This document shows positions 31,639-43,299 of a stretch of 64,000 nucleotides of DNA, in pieces. Numbering within the stretch: position 1 is the stretch's first letter; each line of letters begins with the position of its first letter. Source of the stretch: Nitrosopumilus sp. (GTDB taxonomy: Archaea; Thermoproteota; Nitrososphaeria; Nitrososphaerales; Nitrosopumilaceae); assembly GCA_965207445.1 (NCBI GenBank), contig CBDBLX010000002.1, positions 416,001-480,000 on the forward strand. The letters run 5' to 3'. Below the pieces are notes generated by a model. It ran no database searches and had not been told where the DNA came from. It saw only the letters and a program-made list of their open reading frames with translations. The translations under genes and the position numbers were made by a program.

Positions 31639-33480
31639 GGAGGTTGGTGCGTAATTGACATTAGTCCTGTCTGTGACCCGTCTGTGAACTTGGTTTATTG
31701 CACATTCAATCTACAAAAGACTGAAATCTATCTATAGTGTGTTTTGTTTTTGAATATACATGTGTGTTGTTTTGGCAGACATAGATTATAGAGCATGAAA
31801 CGTGCAAGTGTGATAGCAGTAGATATCATTTGTATGATGGAATCTTTTGCCCTTTTTATGAGCGCAGATAAATCTGTTCAGGACGTTGATATTCCATGTA
31901 ATCGACAATATTTTACCAAACCGCTTTCTGTTTTTGGCCAGAGGCGCATACAACAGTGTAGCCTGTGATTCTTTGTCTCTTCTTCTGCTCCAAATTGCCT
32001 CGATAAATGCGCGTTGTTTGTATGCATCTTTGTCAAAGATTTCTGCTGCCTTTTTTCTGCTTGGTGGTTTGCCACGGTTTGTATGACCTGCTGTGTGATT
32101 GCGCTGTTTTATGTTCGGTTTCATGTTTGCATCAAATATTGTCTCGCAGTTTTGATCTGAATGTATCTCTTGTCTCCGTTGAATAAGCGTTTTTCAATCT
32201 GTGTATAGTTTTTTACGAGAAAGTTGACCACATATGGAAGCATTAACGTGACACTTGCATTGCGTGGAGTTGTGTATGATGCAAGTATGATCTGGTGTCC
32301 GTTTATTGAGTAATATGATATTTTAGGTACGTCTTGACGCGTGTCAGTTAAGTCGTGTAGTAAATGATTGGGTGTGTGAACCAAGATCTATGACTTATAT
32401 GGTCATTAAAAATCACACCAAGTCAAGCGTCACGCAGATGCAGGATTCTATATACGCGCAGTGATGTGACCAAATACTAATATGTGATTTTATTATTGTG
32501 TCCAAAGAGCTTGGTTCATACGATTGGGTCTTTCTTGTTTTTCGTACCTGTCAGTCTCTATACCACACTACTGTATCACAATCGTACCTGTAGGTTCTTT
32601 TTTTACGTCTTGTTGACCGCCCTCAAAATCCTCGGATCCGTGCACAAGTATGCACTCTTTACCTTTTATTGGTACCGGATCTGTCCCCTATTTTTCAAGT
32701 TTATTTAGACACATATTAGCAGTATATGCCAAAATAGAATCAAACCAGTCGAGATCAATTGTTTGCATATGTTTTGTTACCCAATTAATCAGGCTCCGAC
32801 TCGTCAACTTGCTCATCATGCATATCTCCAAGATCATTTATCACGTCACGAAAAGGAATATTTTTTGCAACTTTTTAAAGGCACAAAAAATCCATCTTGT
32901 CACGCGAGTGCACATACTTGCATCCTCCTCTATTTGTCTTCTTTTCCTTGGCACGGATGTGAATTTTTTCGTATCGCCGACATTCATGTCTTGCGCATAA
33001 AATCCTGCTCAGATTTGTGTGCCTGTTCGTAATACGGCCAATAACTTTCGCGTCGCTTGTGCTGTTGCTCTGTCACTGTACAGTCTGCCTCTATAATCTA
33101 TTCTTATTTGAAACCCACACACTAAATTTACACAAACAACAAGCAGACGTCACATTCATCACAAGCCATGTATAGTAATGGGCGTCATTCTCTGTGTAGC
33201 ATAGTATGTTGTGGCAACCTACTACCATATGTTGTCATTCCACCACACTTTACAAACGATACGTCGATAATATTGGCTAGTCGACGTTGTTTAGCATCCC
33301 CTTTATTCATATTCTAATTATTCAATTGAGATGCCCCTATATACAATTTTTGATAAGCGCGCAGTTACGTTTATACATATGAGCTTACTGAATATATACA
33401 CATAAAACTCTGGCGATGTTTGCAGATGACTTTGCAAGTACGATGCAGGTGGCGATTTGATGAATTACGCACCAACCTCC
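31639..33480 (-). mobile_element. Second, inverted copy of the 27480-29175 IS, pseudogenised, with nested MITE
   Basis: Same TIRs; homologous ORF fragments on the opposite strand. Confidence 0.88.
32374..32521. mobile_element. Family B MITE nested in the IS
   Basis: GTGTGAACCAAG/CTTGGTTCATAC TIRs; perfect 8-bp target duplication GATTGGGT; empty site in the other IS copy. Confidence 0.93.
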
Positions 33481-34009
33481 ATTTTCGTAAAAACTTTATA
33501 ATTTATCTGTCCTAATTCATATTGATCTTCTAATATCTCATTTTTTATATATGATCAGAAATATTAAAATATTCCCATATATTATACTTTCTATTTGATC
33601 CGATCAAATATGATCATTAACATTCAACGATATTGTAGATTATTCAAATAAAATCATATAAAACACATTGCTAACTACTGGCGCAGCCGGGTCAGGACAG
33701 TATTTCCCGTCACCGTGGGGGTGGGGATCCGGCGCGGTCGCGCGTGCAAGGATGCTTGACGTGCGGAGGTCGCGGCCCGTGCCGGGATGCGTCTGCTGCG
33801 ACTCTACCATATGCCGCGCGCAGGTCGGCCGCCGCGGCTCAAAACCGCGGCATTCTTCGCGCTGGCCTTTCGAATCGGCTGGAGTTCGGGCATCTCGCGC
33901 GTTCGGGCGCGCCGGGACGCGCGCGGATTACGGGGCAGAAAACCCCGAATCAGGCAGGGCCGCCGGCCCGATCGGACTGCTTAAATACACCATGCTCCCG
34001 TCACTATCT

Positions 34010-36112
34010 ATGGATAATAAGTCCGTCCTGCTCCCATGCCTGGCCGCCGCGCTTGTCGTTATTGCGATCGTGGCCACTCTACCCGGCGACGCGCACGCCC
34101 AGCAGGAGGTGCCGGCGGACTGGGCGTATGTCCCCGACGACCTGGGCCCCGGAGACACGTTCAGGCTGATGTTTGCGTCAACCGGGTACCACCAGACCCG
34201 GAGCAGCGATCCGACCCATTATCACGGTATCATAGAGGGCAGGGCCGCGTCCTCCGGGCTGGCTGCCTATAGTGACAGCTTCAACGCGCTGGTCAACACC
34301 GACTCCTACAACACCAACATCGTGGGCGTGCCAGGTCCGGACCTCATAGAGTACCGCATAAGCGACACGAGGATTGCAAACAACGTGATCGACCCCGGGC
34401 CTGCCATTCCAATATACTGGGTAAACGGACCAAGGGTCGCAGACAGCGGCACGCAGCTCATCTATGGGTCGTGGCAGACGGGTATCAGCGACGTTAGGAC
34501 TGAGCACGGCAGGCTCTTGTCGCCCGAGGCGTCCTACCGCCAGGGCCCGCACAACTATGACAACTTTTGGTTCGCCACTGGCATGTACGAAAGGGATGCC
34601 ATAACGGGCGGCGGGTACTATGCCCTCGGCGACTCCTACGTGGGTTGCACCTATTACAGCGGCGGCTACGGCGGCCCCGGACTGGGCGACCGCGTATGCA
34701 GCGAGCACGTGAGGGTGGGCCTCTTCGGGTTGTCCGACGTCTTTCAGGTCCAGCCTGACGGCCCGACGACTCCGCCATCCGGAGGGAATACATTAGTTTC
34801 CGCAACTGCATTCACTCAAGTCTACGAGAGGGGCGGCGACCGCGCCCGCGAGGGTGACACCATTAGAATTACAATCGATTTTATCCCACCCCCCACGTCT
34901 ACACTCGCGCTTAACATTACGCTCTCGCACACTGGAGAGACGCTTGATCCGCGAGTGGCGGGCACGCGCATCCTGGTAATCCCGGCCGGCACCTCACAGT
35001 TGGAGCTTCGGGTTCCCACAATCGACGACAGGACGTCAGAGTCGCTCACTGGCAACACGGTGACGATCACCCTAAACCCCGGCGATTACACCCTGAGCCC
35101 GCGCCCCTGGCAAAACGTTGCCACGGTGACCCTGCGGGACACCAACAACCTGAGCCAGTACAGCCCGCCCCCACCGACCACGGTATCCATAGGGCTGTCT
35201 GGCGGCGGCTCTGAGGGCGACCCAGTGTCCTTTGGCATCGGCGCGTCCCCCGCCCCGTTGCAACCCCTGCCGGTCAACGTTACATTATCCGGCACCGGCG
35301 GCGTGTTGAACGCATCCGACGCAGGCTGGCGCATCATAGTGATACCGCCGATCGGCTCGTACACCCTTGAGGTCCCGACCATAAACGACAACGTCATAGA
35401 CGACAACACGGTTACACTCACGATAAACCCTGGCGACTATAAGTTGGGACAGTTCCACACCTGGACCGTGAACGTGCAGGACGCCGGCACCAGCCAGGAG
35501 CTGATGCAGCCGCCCGTGTACGACAAGCTCATCCAGGCAGAGAATATGACGACAGTCGAGATAGATCCAGCGTTGGTCGCCAACGTGACCGCGATGGCCA
35601 ACCAGACGCAGCACGGCAACGCGCACGTGGACAGGTGGAACCGCGTTTTAGCTGCCTTTGGCGAGATCGACCACTCAAACCCGATGACAGCGGCAGAGGC
35701 ACAAACCAATGCAGAAAAGTACAGCAGCCCGCTGTGGCCTCTGATAGTCGACGTGCTTACATTGCTAGAGGCGGCAGCAGAACAGGACAATCCGCAGACG
35801 CCACCTGACACGCCACCTGACACGCCACCTGACACGCCACCTGACACGCCACCTGACACGCCACCTGACACGCCACCTGACACGCCACCTACTATAGACC
35901 AGGCGCTGATCAACAGCGTCAGGGAGCTGGCGGCACAGACGCACCACGGCGACGCGCACGTGGACAGGTGGAACCGCGTTTTAGCTGCCTTTGGCGAGAT
36001 CGACCACTCAAACCCGATGACAGCGGCAGAGGCGCAAACCAATGCAGAAAAGTACAGCAGCCCGCTGTGGCCGCAGATTGCAAAAGTACTGACACAGCTT
36101 GAGTCAAACTAA
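34010..36112 (+). CDS. GC-rich secreted/surface protein: possible lectin-like N-domain, two Calx-beta/Ig-like repeats, two helical repeats flanking a (TPPD)8 linker
   Basis: Signal peptide ending AHA; EGD..., L.VPTI.D, NTVT.T.NPGDY repeats; TTAAATA box 29 nt upstream of ATG 34010. Confidence 0.8.
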   Translation: MDNKSVLLPCLAAALVVIAIVATLPGDAHAQQEVPADWAYVPDDLGPGDTFRLMFASTGYHQTRSSDPTHYHGIIEGRAASSGLAAYSDSFNALVNTDSYNTNIVGVPGPDLIEYRISDTRIANNVIDPGPAIPIYWVNGPRVADSGTQLIYGSWQTGISDVRTEHGRLLSPEASYRQGPHNYDNFWFATGMYERDAITGGGYYALGDSYVGCTYYSGGYGGPGLGDRVCSEHVRVGLFGLSDVFQVQPDGPTTPPSGGNTLVSATAFTQVYERGGDRAREGDTIRITIDFIPPPTSTLALNITLSHTGETLDPRVAGTRILVIPAGTSQLELRVPTIDDRTSESLTGNTVTITLNPGDYTLSPRPWQNVATVTLRDTNNLSQYSPPPPTTVSIGLSGGGSEGDPVSFGIGASPAPLQPLPVNVTLSGTGGVLNASDAGWRIIVIPPIGSYTLEVPTINDNVIDDNTVTLTINPGDYKLGQFHTWTVNVQDAGTSQELMQPPVYDKLIQAENMTTVEIDPALVANVTAMANQTQHGNAHVDRWNRVLAAFGEIDHSNPMTAAEAQTNAEKYSSPLWPLIVDVLTLLEAAAEQDNPQTPPDTPPDTPPDTPPDTPPDTPPDTPPDTPPTIDQALINSVRELAAQTHHGDAHVDRWNRVLAAFGEIDHSNPMTAAEAQTNAEKYSSPLWPQIAKVLTQLESN
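35612..36072 (+). repeat. Two near-identical 128-bp repeats (35612-35739, 35945-36072) flanking a 12-bp x8 tandem array (35798-35893)
   Basis: Read directly from the sequence. Confidence 0.95.
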
Positions 36113-37004
36113 GTGTAAATTTCGTGCCTAGATTTTCGCCATTCGTGTGAATTTTTTTGTCCCATCTGATCCAAATACTACAAGTTGGCATATTCGGTAT
36201 TAAACGAACCGTCAAAACTAGCTAGTGTCACAACCATACATAGAACTCTTCTGTGAGGCGCTGGACGCCTGCCTGCTGCTGGCGTAGGTGACTCTATTAC
36301 ACGAAAAGTCGATCCGCCTAGGTTGCAGAGCCAGTTGTCGGCTTGCCAGCATGAGTAAGCGTTGGATTGCGACGAGTTTATTTTTGCTCACGAGAACAGC
36401 CGGCCGCTCACTGAGGAGTAACTTGAGCTTATGCAACCCGACTTTGAGGAAGCCATGGAGCAGTGGCGCGCGGTAGGGTTGTGTATATGTGCGTGTTATT
36501 GTCATTGCATGATGCGTACGGTTTGATTGACAAATGTTTTCGAGCTGATTTGCGGTGTTGGTGCAGTTGATGTTCAGTTCGACTAACTTTATGTCATCTC
36601 TTTTCAAAGTTGCACCAAGTTCTCTAAGTTTACGATGGGGATCTCAGAGCGCGCAATCATCACTATTGTCTCTACACAACTCTCATCTTGGCTCGGTATA
36701 TGTAATATTTCAGCCTCTGTCTCTGCTGCTGCTGCTACTACTACTGCTGCTGCTTGTGCTTGTACCATAGGCCGTTGCCACTCATATATCATCTCATGGG
36801 GCGCCTTTTTTCACTTGTCCAGTGCGAATATGTTCTTTACAAAATGAACTATCTTTTTCTCAAAAAATAAAGAACACAAGATCAAATACATATTCGGATT
36901 ATTTTTTTGGGGAAATATCTAAAAACTAAGTGAAAATCTATTTTTGTTAGTAAGACGGTGATCACACATAATTAATTAAGATGCATAACTTTTCAAAGTA
37001 TAGA

Positions 37005-38144
37005 ATGAAGATTCGAATCTTTGATACTACCCTTCGAGATGGGGAGCAGACCGCAGGTGTATCACTGTCCCCTGAGCAAAAACTTGAGATTGCAAAAAGA
37101 CTTGATGCACTTGGAGTCGACGTCATTGAGGTTGGTTTTCCGACTATATCAGAAGGCGAACGTAAATCTGCGAGATTAATAACCCGTGAAGGATTATCAT
37201 CTGAAATTTGTGGAATGACGAGGCCTAACAAAAGAGATATTGACATTACTGCTGACACTGGGCTGAGTTACATCAATACGTTTGTTGCAACATCGGATAT
37301 TCACTTACAACATAACCAAAAAATGACAAAAGAACAGGCAATTGAGCAGGCAGTCGAGGCCGTAGAGTATGCAAAGTCAAGAGGTTTAAAGGTAGAGTTT
37401 GGAGCAGTGGATGCAACAAGAACTGAGCGAGGGTTTTTGAAAAAAATTCTGGGTGCAGTTGCAAAAGCAGGTGCATTTACAGTCACTATCCCTGATACTA
37501 CAGGATGTGCCACGCCCGAATACATGACGGAGATTACACATGATGCCGTATCTGCTGCTGCTACTGCTGGAACACCGGTGAGTGTTCACTGTCATGATGA
37601 CTTTGGATTAGCAGTGGCAAACACACTATCTGGAATCAAAGCAGGTGCTTTATGTGCACAGGTGACTATAAATGGGATCGGGGAGAGGGCAGGAAACGCT
37701 CCATTGGAGGAGATTGTCATGGCACTACAATATCTCCCACATAATCAAAAATACGAGACGGGAATAAGATCTGATTTACTATATGACACGTCCAGGTTTA
37801 TATCAAAGGCTACGGGAATGGATGTGCAGCCAAACAAGGCGATCGTAGGTGCAAATGCATTTAGCCACGAAGATGAAATACACACCGACGGTGTGCTAAA
37901 CGATCCTGAAACGTACGAGTCAATCAGTCCTGAAACTGTGGGCAGAAAACGACAAATACGCGTAGGGAAACACTCTGGAATTCTTGCACTAAATGCAATT
38001 TTAAACAAACACGGTATCAAACCAACAAAAGAACAGGCAACTCAAATTTTAGACATGGTCAAAATATCAGCTGATAAGGGGACAAGCATTACTGATTCAA
38101 ATCTACTTTTGATTGCACGTAGTGTTCTTACAAATGACAGATAG
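37005..38144 (+). CDS. 2-isopropylmalate/homocitrate/citramalate synthase family protein without the C-terminal regulatory domain
   Basis: [33 protein letters not shown]. Confidence 0.88.
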   Translation: MKIRIFDTTLRDGEQTAGVSLSPEQKLEIAKRLDALGVDVIEVGFPTISEGERKSARLITREGLSSEICGMTRPNKRDIDITADTGLSYINTFVATSDIHLQHNQKMTKEQAIEQAVEAVEYAKSRGLKVEFGAVDATRTERGFLKKILGAVAKAGAFTVTIPDTTGCATPEYMTEITHDAVSAAATAGTPVSVHCHDDFGLAVANTLSGIKAGALCAQVTINGIGERAGNAPLEEIVMALQYLPHNQKYETGIRSDLLYDTSRFISKATGMDVQPNKAIVGANAFSHEDEIHTDGVLNDPETYESISPETVGRKRQIRVGKHSGILALNAILNKHGIKPTKEQATQILDMVKISADKGTSITDSNLLLIARSVLTNDR

Positions 38145-38339
38145 ATTATAGTGATTGCAATAAATAGTGACATCTACTACTATGTTAACCTCATAGATAC
38201 CGCGCACAGAATTCAAGCAATCATATTTGAGATTGTGTATGGTTTAGATGATACATGTATTCAATTAAAAATAAAATATGAAATCAACAACTTGAACAAA
38301 AAATAGCTAGTAAATATAAAAAGCTAAATAAAAAAGATC

Positions 38340-38520
38340 ATATCATAAATACACTAAAGCACCTTGCCAATACATTAAAAAAAGATAACTCAAACCTAAA
38401 AGAGAATAACACTGCTATGGAAAAACAAAGTCAAAAAAAAGATGCTGCCATACACAATTATGAGACAAAGCTCAACTTTATGAGAATGCCCATATACACC
38501 AATCATCAAAACAGGAAGCT
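38340..38520 (+). pseudogene. Possible IS66 transposase N-terminal remnant
   Basis: Coiled-coil then frameshifted KL..YENAH motif; 38247-38287 resembles 14374-14413. Confidence 0.35.
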
Positions 38521-38810
38521 GCGTGGACTAGATGTCTGAGATGAATTGTGTAAAAATATTGCTCTGTCGTCTGATGATAAGTCTAAAAGATGTATGATCT
38601 TATTGTTGTTATTATTATTATACCAAAATAGATTGGCTCACACTTATTTTTGCTATGATAATTGATTATACTTTGTTTTTGAGCTGTATAGTACAATTCA
38701 TGTCTGGGCACTCTGATAGTTATTAAAAAATTTTATATTTTTATTATTAATTATGAATTATTTTGATATAATTAATAACAATTAAATACTGATACTAGTG
38801 CGCTGTAAAT

Positions 38811-39068
38811 ATGACAAAATTGATCCAAGTAAATATTGATGCCAAAGAGGTTGGCAAGGATAAAGCACAAGAATGGGTGCATGAGATCACCGATGTCTGT
38901 ACTGATATGGAGATATCTGATGTAAACGTAACCGGGAAGAAGATCTCTTTTCAGACAGGTCTTTTAGGGATGGATGACATCACTGTTTTTGCGAACATTG
39001 GACAAAAGATCGACGAATATGTTTCCATGGCAAAAGTATTTTGGATTAAAGATATATCTTGCGGTTAA
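38811..39068 (+). CDS. Small hypothetical protein
   Basis: 85-aa ORF after a TTAAATA box, first gene of an apparent operon with the FeoB-like gene. Confidence 0.75.
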   Translation: MTKLIQVNIDAKEVGKDKAQEWVHEITDVCTDMEISDVNVTGKKISFQTGLLGMDDITVFANIGQKIDEYVSMAKVFWIKDISCG

Positions 39069-39084
39069 GCTGCTCATATTTTCT

Positions 39085-40722
39085 ATGACACACAAAAAAC
39101 GTTCCCGGTTTATGGTAGTTGGTAAAGCGGGCGTTGGGAAATCCCAACTGATCTCATCACTTACTCAAAAAGAGGTGGAGATTGACAATCTCAAAGGATC
39201 TACTGTTTGTGGGGAGTCTCATAGTCGAGAATTCACTTTTGTCGATACGTCTAAAATCGTATTTGATTCTGATAACAAAGTCACAAAAACTACAATATCA
39301 TCAATAAAGAAAAGTGATTATGTACTACTTGTTGCTCGTGCAACAAATCTAGATGAGGATCTAAAGTATCCACTCTCGTTGCTCAAAGATAAAAAAGGGG
39401 CAATAATAATAACAAATTGGGACAGAGTACATGACTCTGAGAATGTCGCCACTGCTCTCATACATCTAGAACAAAATCTGAGAATGCCAATAACTGCCAT
39501 CGATGCACGAAATATTACTGAATCTCAAAGAGGTAAAATTTTTGAGACATTGAGGAATCCACACACATTCTCAAAAAAGACACTTTACACGAAAATCTCA
39601 TTTAATCCAAAGCCAACAATCCTTGAGAGCGGACATGTGGGAATTGTAATTGGAGTACTACTTTTGTTGTTTCCTTCAATATTATCCGTTATTGGAGCCA
39701 ACTATTTTGCTGGTTTTGTTCATCCTATAATAGAAGATCTTTTGAGTGGGACAGTAAACGAATTAAGAACACTACCCTCTCCACTAATGGGCATACTTGC
39801 TGGAGACTACGGATTTGTCACTATGGGACCTTTTCTTTTTGTCTGGGCAGCTCCTGTGGTTGTTATATATGCATTATTACTTGGAATTTACAAATCCACG
39901 GGATTGCTGGATCGTACATCACTTGCAATTCATCCACTGGTAAAGAGAATTGGGGTAAGTGGAAAGGATGTGACCAAAATAGTGATGGGGTTTGGCTGCA
40001 ACGTACCTGCAGTTATTGGCAGCCGATCTTGCTCTGATTGTTCTAGAGGTACGGTCGTCTCTACAATAAGTTTGGGTTCGGCGTGCTCATATCAGTTTGG
40101 TGCATCAATTGCTGTTTTTGCTGCTGCTGGTATGCCATGGCTAGTAGTGCCGTTTCTGTTTTATCTAACTATAACTACTATAATTTACACTAGACTAGTC
40201 AGCACAAAGAATAACCGCTCTAAATTAAACATGCCGGTAATTGAGGGACAGACATTCTTTGAAAAGCCAACATTGGGTCCGATCTGGAGAGAATCAAAGC
40301 AAGATATGTTACAATTTTTCAAGACAGCATTGCCAATATTTTTTGCAATTACATTTGCCGCATCTATGCTAAACTGGGCCGGTGTTGTGGACTTTTTTGC
40401 AGACGGACTTGGTGCTATAATGGGTTTATTCAACCTACCTGAGGATGCTGCTCTTGCTGTAATTGCAGGTTCGATTAGAAAGGATGGATTACTATTACTT
40501 GCAGGACCTCATTTGGCAAGCTCACTGTCTGCAATGCAGATATTAACAGGTGTATATCTTGCAGGGACGCTGCTACCGTGTTTGGTGACTTTTATGACTA
40601 TAATACGTGAGATGTCATGGAGGTTTGCGCTCAAAATGGTGACAAAACAAGTTGTTGTTGTAATTGCGTTTACATTGTTATTGGCACACGCTGAAAAGGT
40701 TTTACACCTTTTTGGAATTTGA
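39085..40722 (+). CDS. FeoB-like transporter (GTPase plus gate domains)
   Basis: GKAGVGKS, FVDT, TNWD, GFGCNVPA, PCLVT; multiple TM helices. Confidence 0.85.
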   Translation: MTHKKRSRFMVVGKAGVGKSQLISSLTQKEVEIDNLKGSTVCGESHSREFTFVDTSKIVFDSDNKVTKTTISSIKKSDYVLLVARATNLDEDLKYPLSLLKDKKGAIIITNWDRVHDSENVATALIHLEQNLRMPITAIDARNITESQRGKIFETLRNPHTFSKKTLYTKISFNPKPTILESGHVGIVIGVLLLLFPSILSVIGANYFAGFVHPIIEDLLSGTVNELRTLPSPLMGILAGDYGFVTMGPFLFVWAAPVVVIYALLLGIYKSTGLLDRTSLAIHPLVKRIGVSGKDVTKIVMGFGCNVPAVIGSRSCSDCSRGTVVSTISLGSACSYQFGASIAVFAAAGMPWLVVPFLFYLTITTIIYTRLVSTKNNRSKLNMPVIEGQTFFEKPTLGPIWRESKQDMLQFFKTALPIFFAITFAASMLNWAGVVDFFADGLGAIMGLFNLPEDAALAVIAGSIRKDGLLLLAGPHLASSLSAMQILTGVYLAGTLLPCLVTFMTIIREMSWRFALKMVTKQVVVVIAFTLLLAHAEKVLHLFGI

Positions 40723-40871
40723 TTAGATAATATTAAAAGACTGTTTGAAATTTTTGTACAATGATAATTTTTATGGTATTTGGTCTACTCTATATATCAA
40801 ATAAAGATGTGTGAAATATGTATTGAGTTTTGAATTATTATTACTTTACATGATATGTGACTCAATTTGAT

Positions 40872-41456
40872 TCACCCTAGAATAGCTGAAAATTTTTCAA
40901 ATAGATCGTGCCAACCCTCATCTAGTCTTTTATATGGTATATTGGGTGTATGTTTTTCCTCCAAGATACTGTCACGATACGATTCTCCACACACTGAATC
41001 TATCCATTTTTCATAATTCTCCAGCCATTTCATAGATTCAACAAGCATGTGCAGTATGTGATGCATCTGTTCTGGAGTCTTTGGTATGGTACGTTGTGGA
41101 AGCTGATCAGGGGACCATACATTTGGTATTAGTGCGCTGACTTTGATGAATTTTGGCTCAAATTCATGACGCCATAAAAACAACCCATCATTTTTTGTCG
41201 AAAACATCATTCCAAAACCCCACATGATTACTCGCCTGTCCTGTTTGCAAAATGAGTACTGACTACTCCCATCATCTGGATTCGGTGGCCTTTTTCTTGT
41301 AAACCCATACTTTAACAATAAATTTTCTTTGTGTTGTATGTCAATTCCTATACAGTACAACTGACTTGTAAACAATTTTTTCCATTTATTTTGAAGACGT
41401 TTGGGAATGCGTAGCATCTGTGATTGATCATTTTTCTTTTGTATGGAATCTTGCAC
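40872..41456 (-). CDS. Hypothetical protein
   Basis: 194-aa ORF with protein-like composition. Confidence 0.7.
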   Translation of the reverse strand: MQDSIQKKNDQSQMLRIPKRLQNKWKKLFTSQLYCIGIDIQHKENLLLKYGFTRKRPPNPDDGSSQYSFCKQDRRVIMWGFGMMFSTKNDGLFLWRHEFEPKFIKVSALIPNVWSPDQLPQRTIPKTPEQMHHILHMLVESMKWLENYEKWIDSVCGESYRDSILEEKHTPNIPYKRLDEGWHDLFEKFSAILG

Positions 41457-42014
41457 TCATATCATCTCCTGTTTATCATTGATGTACTTGTATCAAATAT
41501 CGTATACCTCAATTGACATCTCAGATTGACTACACTCACTCATTACATCTAAAATGCTTTGTCTGTATTCGGACTCTTGCGTTTTGTATTCATTGAACAG
41601 ATTTACTAGTAGTCCATGAATCACTTTTCTCTTTGATCTGATACTAAAAGTACTTGAATTCTCCATACTCGCGCTAGAAAATCTTTGTATATTAAGATTT
41701 TAATGAAAATTATTAATGAACATAAAATACCATTACTGTATAAAAAATATTCAATAAAATTATTTCATACTGTTATCTGTGTGTGATTTATTTATATAAT
41801 ATATATATTTATGATTAAAAATTACTATATATATTATATAAAATACATTAAATTTTGGTCATAACACAAAAAAAAGTTATTTTATACAAATTAAATGAGA
41901 TGCCACATCATAAACCCAAATTTTTGAAACTTGCATTATAATGGAGATACATTATTATTAATAATTAATAGAAATTTCATTAAGTTTAATAATACTGTTC
42001 TTATAATTAGTTTA

Positions 42015-43112
42015 ATGTTTGAAGCAATTATAGTAGGTGCAGGTCCATCAGGTATTGGTATATCAATAATACTACAAAAACTTGGGATAAATTTTACGAT
42101 TCTAGAAAGACATGATGTTGGCAGCTCTTTTCTCAAATGGCCAAAACAGATGAAATTACTGACACCTTCATTTTTTAGCAACACCTTTAAAATGACAGAT
42201 CTCAATGCAATAACCTATGACACCTCACCTGCACTCACACTACAAACAGAACATCCTAGTGGACACGAGTATGCAGCATACTTGAAAAACATCTCACAGC
42301 ATTTTGAACTACCTGTACAGAACAACGTCAATGTGAACTCGGTACTCACAACTGAAGAAGGATCTTTTATCCTAAATACTAGCAAGGGGAATATGGAAAC
42401 AAAGTTTTTGATCTGGGCTGCAGGGGAGTTTCAGTATCCAAAAAATAACTCGTTTCCAGGAGCTGAGCATTGCATTCACAATAGTCTAATCTCTGATTGG
42501 AGTGAGGTTCAAGGCGATAGTTTCTTTGTGATTGGGGGTTATGAAAGTGGTATGGATACTGCGATTAATTTAGCAGAACGTGGCAAGCGCGTCACTATAA
42601 TTGACAGTGAGAACTTGCTAAATAGCGATGATATAGATCCGAGCAGAACAATATCTCCGTATACAAAAGATAGACTGCGCAGGGTCAATTCTAACAATAC
42701 AATAGAGTTTCTTACTGGAAGGGCAACTAGGGTGGAAAGAGAACTAGATGGTGAGTATGTGATTTATACTGAAAAAATGAAAATTAGATCAAAGACAAAA
42801 CCAATCCTTGCTACTGGTTTTACAGGAAGCCTCTCAATGATCAAAAAATTGTTTCATTGGAAGGATGGAAAAGCACTACTGAACACTTTTGATGAGTCTA
42901 CTCGAACACCTGGGTTATATGTGACTGGACCATTGTTGCAACAGCATGATATGATCTTTTGTTTTATCTATAAATTTCAGCAGAGATTTGCAGTAGTTGC
43001 AAATCACATTGGAATAAAACTCAGCAAAGATGTATCGATAATCGAAGAGTACAAAAAAGAAGGAATGTTTCTTGATAATCTAGATAATGTAACTGATAAA
43101 TGTGCATGCTGA
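42015..43112 (+). CDS. NAD(P)/FAD-dependent oxidoreductase (flavoprotein monooxygenase-like) with C-terminal CxC
   Basis: GAGPSG, WAAGEF, IGGYESG.D, LATGF, CFIYKF. Confidence 0.85.
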   Translation: MFEAIIVGAGPSGIGISIILQKLGINFTILERHDVGSSFLKWPKQMKLLTPSFFSNTFKMTDLNAITYDTSPALTLQTEHPSGHEYAAYLKNISQHFELPVQNNVNVNSVLTTEEGSFILNTSKGNMETKFLIWAAGEFQYPKNNSFPGAEHCIHNSLISDWSEVQGDSFFVIGGYESGMDTAINLAERGKRVTIIDSENLLNSDDIDPSRTISPYTKDRLRRVNSNNTIEFLTGRATRVERELDGEYVIYTEKMKIRSKTKPILATGFTGSLSMIKKLFHWKDGKALLNTFDESTRTPGLYVTGPLLQQHDMIFCFIYKFQQRFAVVANHIGIKLSKDVSIIEEYKKEGMFLDNLDNVTDKCAC

Positions 43113-43299
43113 AACTAATTTTCCCTTGGCATATGATTTGATGTTTTCTGCAAATTGATTTTCAATATGTAATAGCATACACAAATCAGTATCATTTTGT
43201 GCTATAATTGGTCTTGTTTGTATTGATGCTATTATCATATTAAGTAATGCTTAATTTAACATTAGGATATTATAAGTATACCTTGTATCAATTCATCTT

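Noticed and set aside
33668..34009. N-terminal extension of the 814-aa ORF
   Set aside because: GC-rich open frame upstream of the TATA box and signal peptide.
36218..36850. Several short ORFs after the surface protein, and those at 31047-31520
   Set aside because: No motifs; in-frame stops and low complexity suggest decayed fragments.
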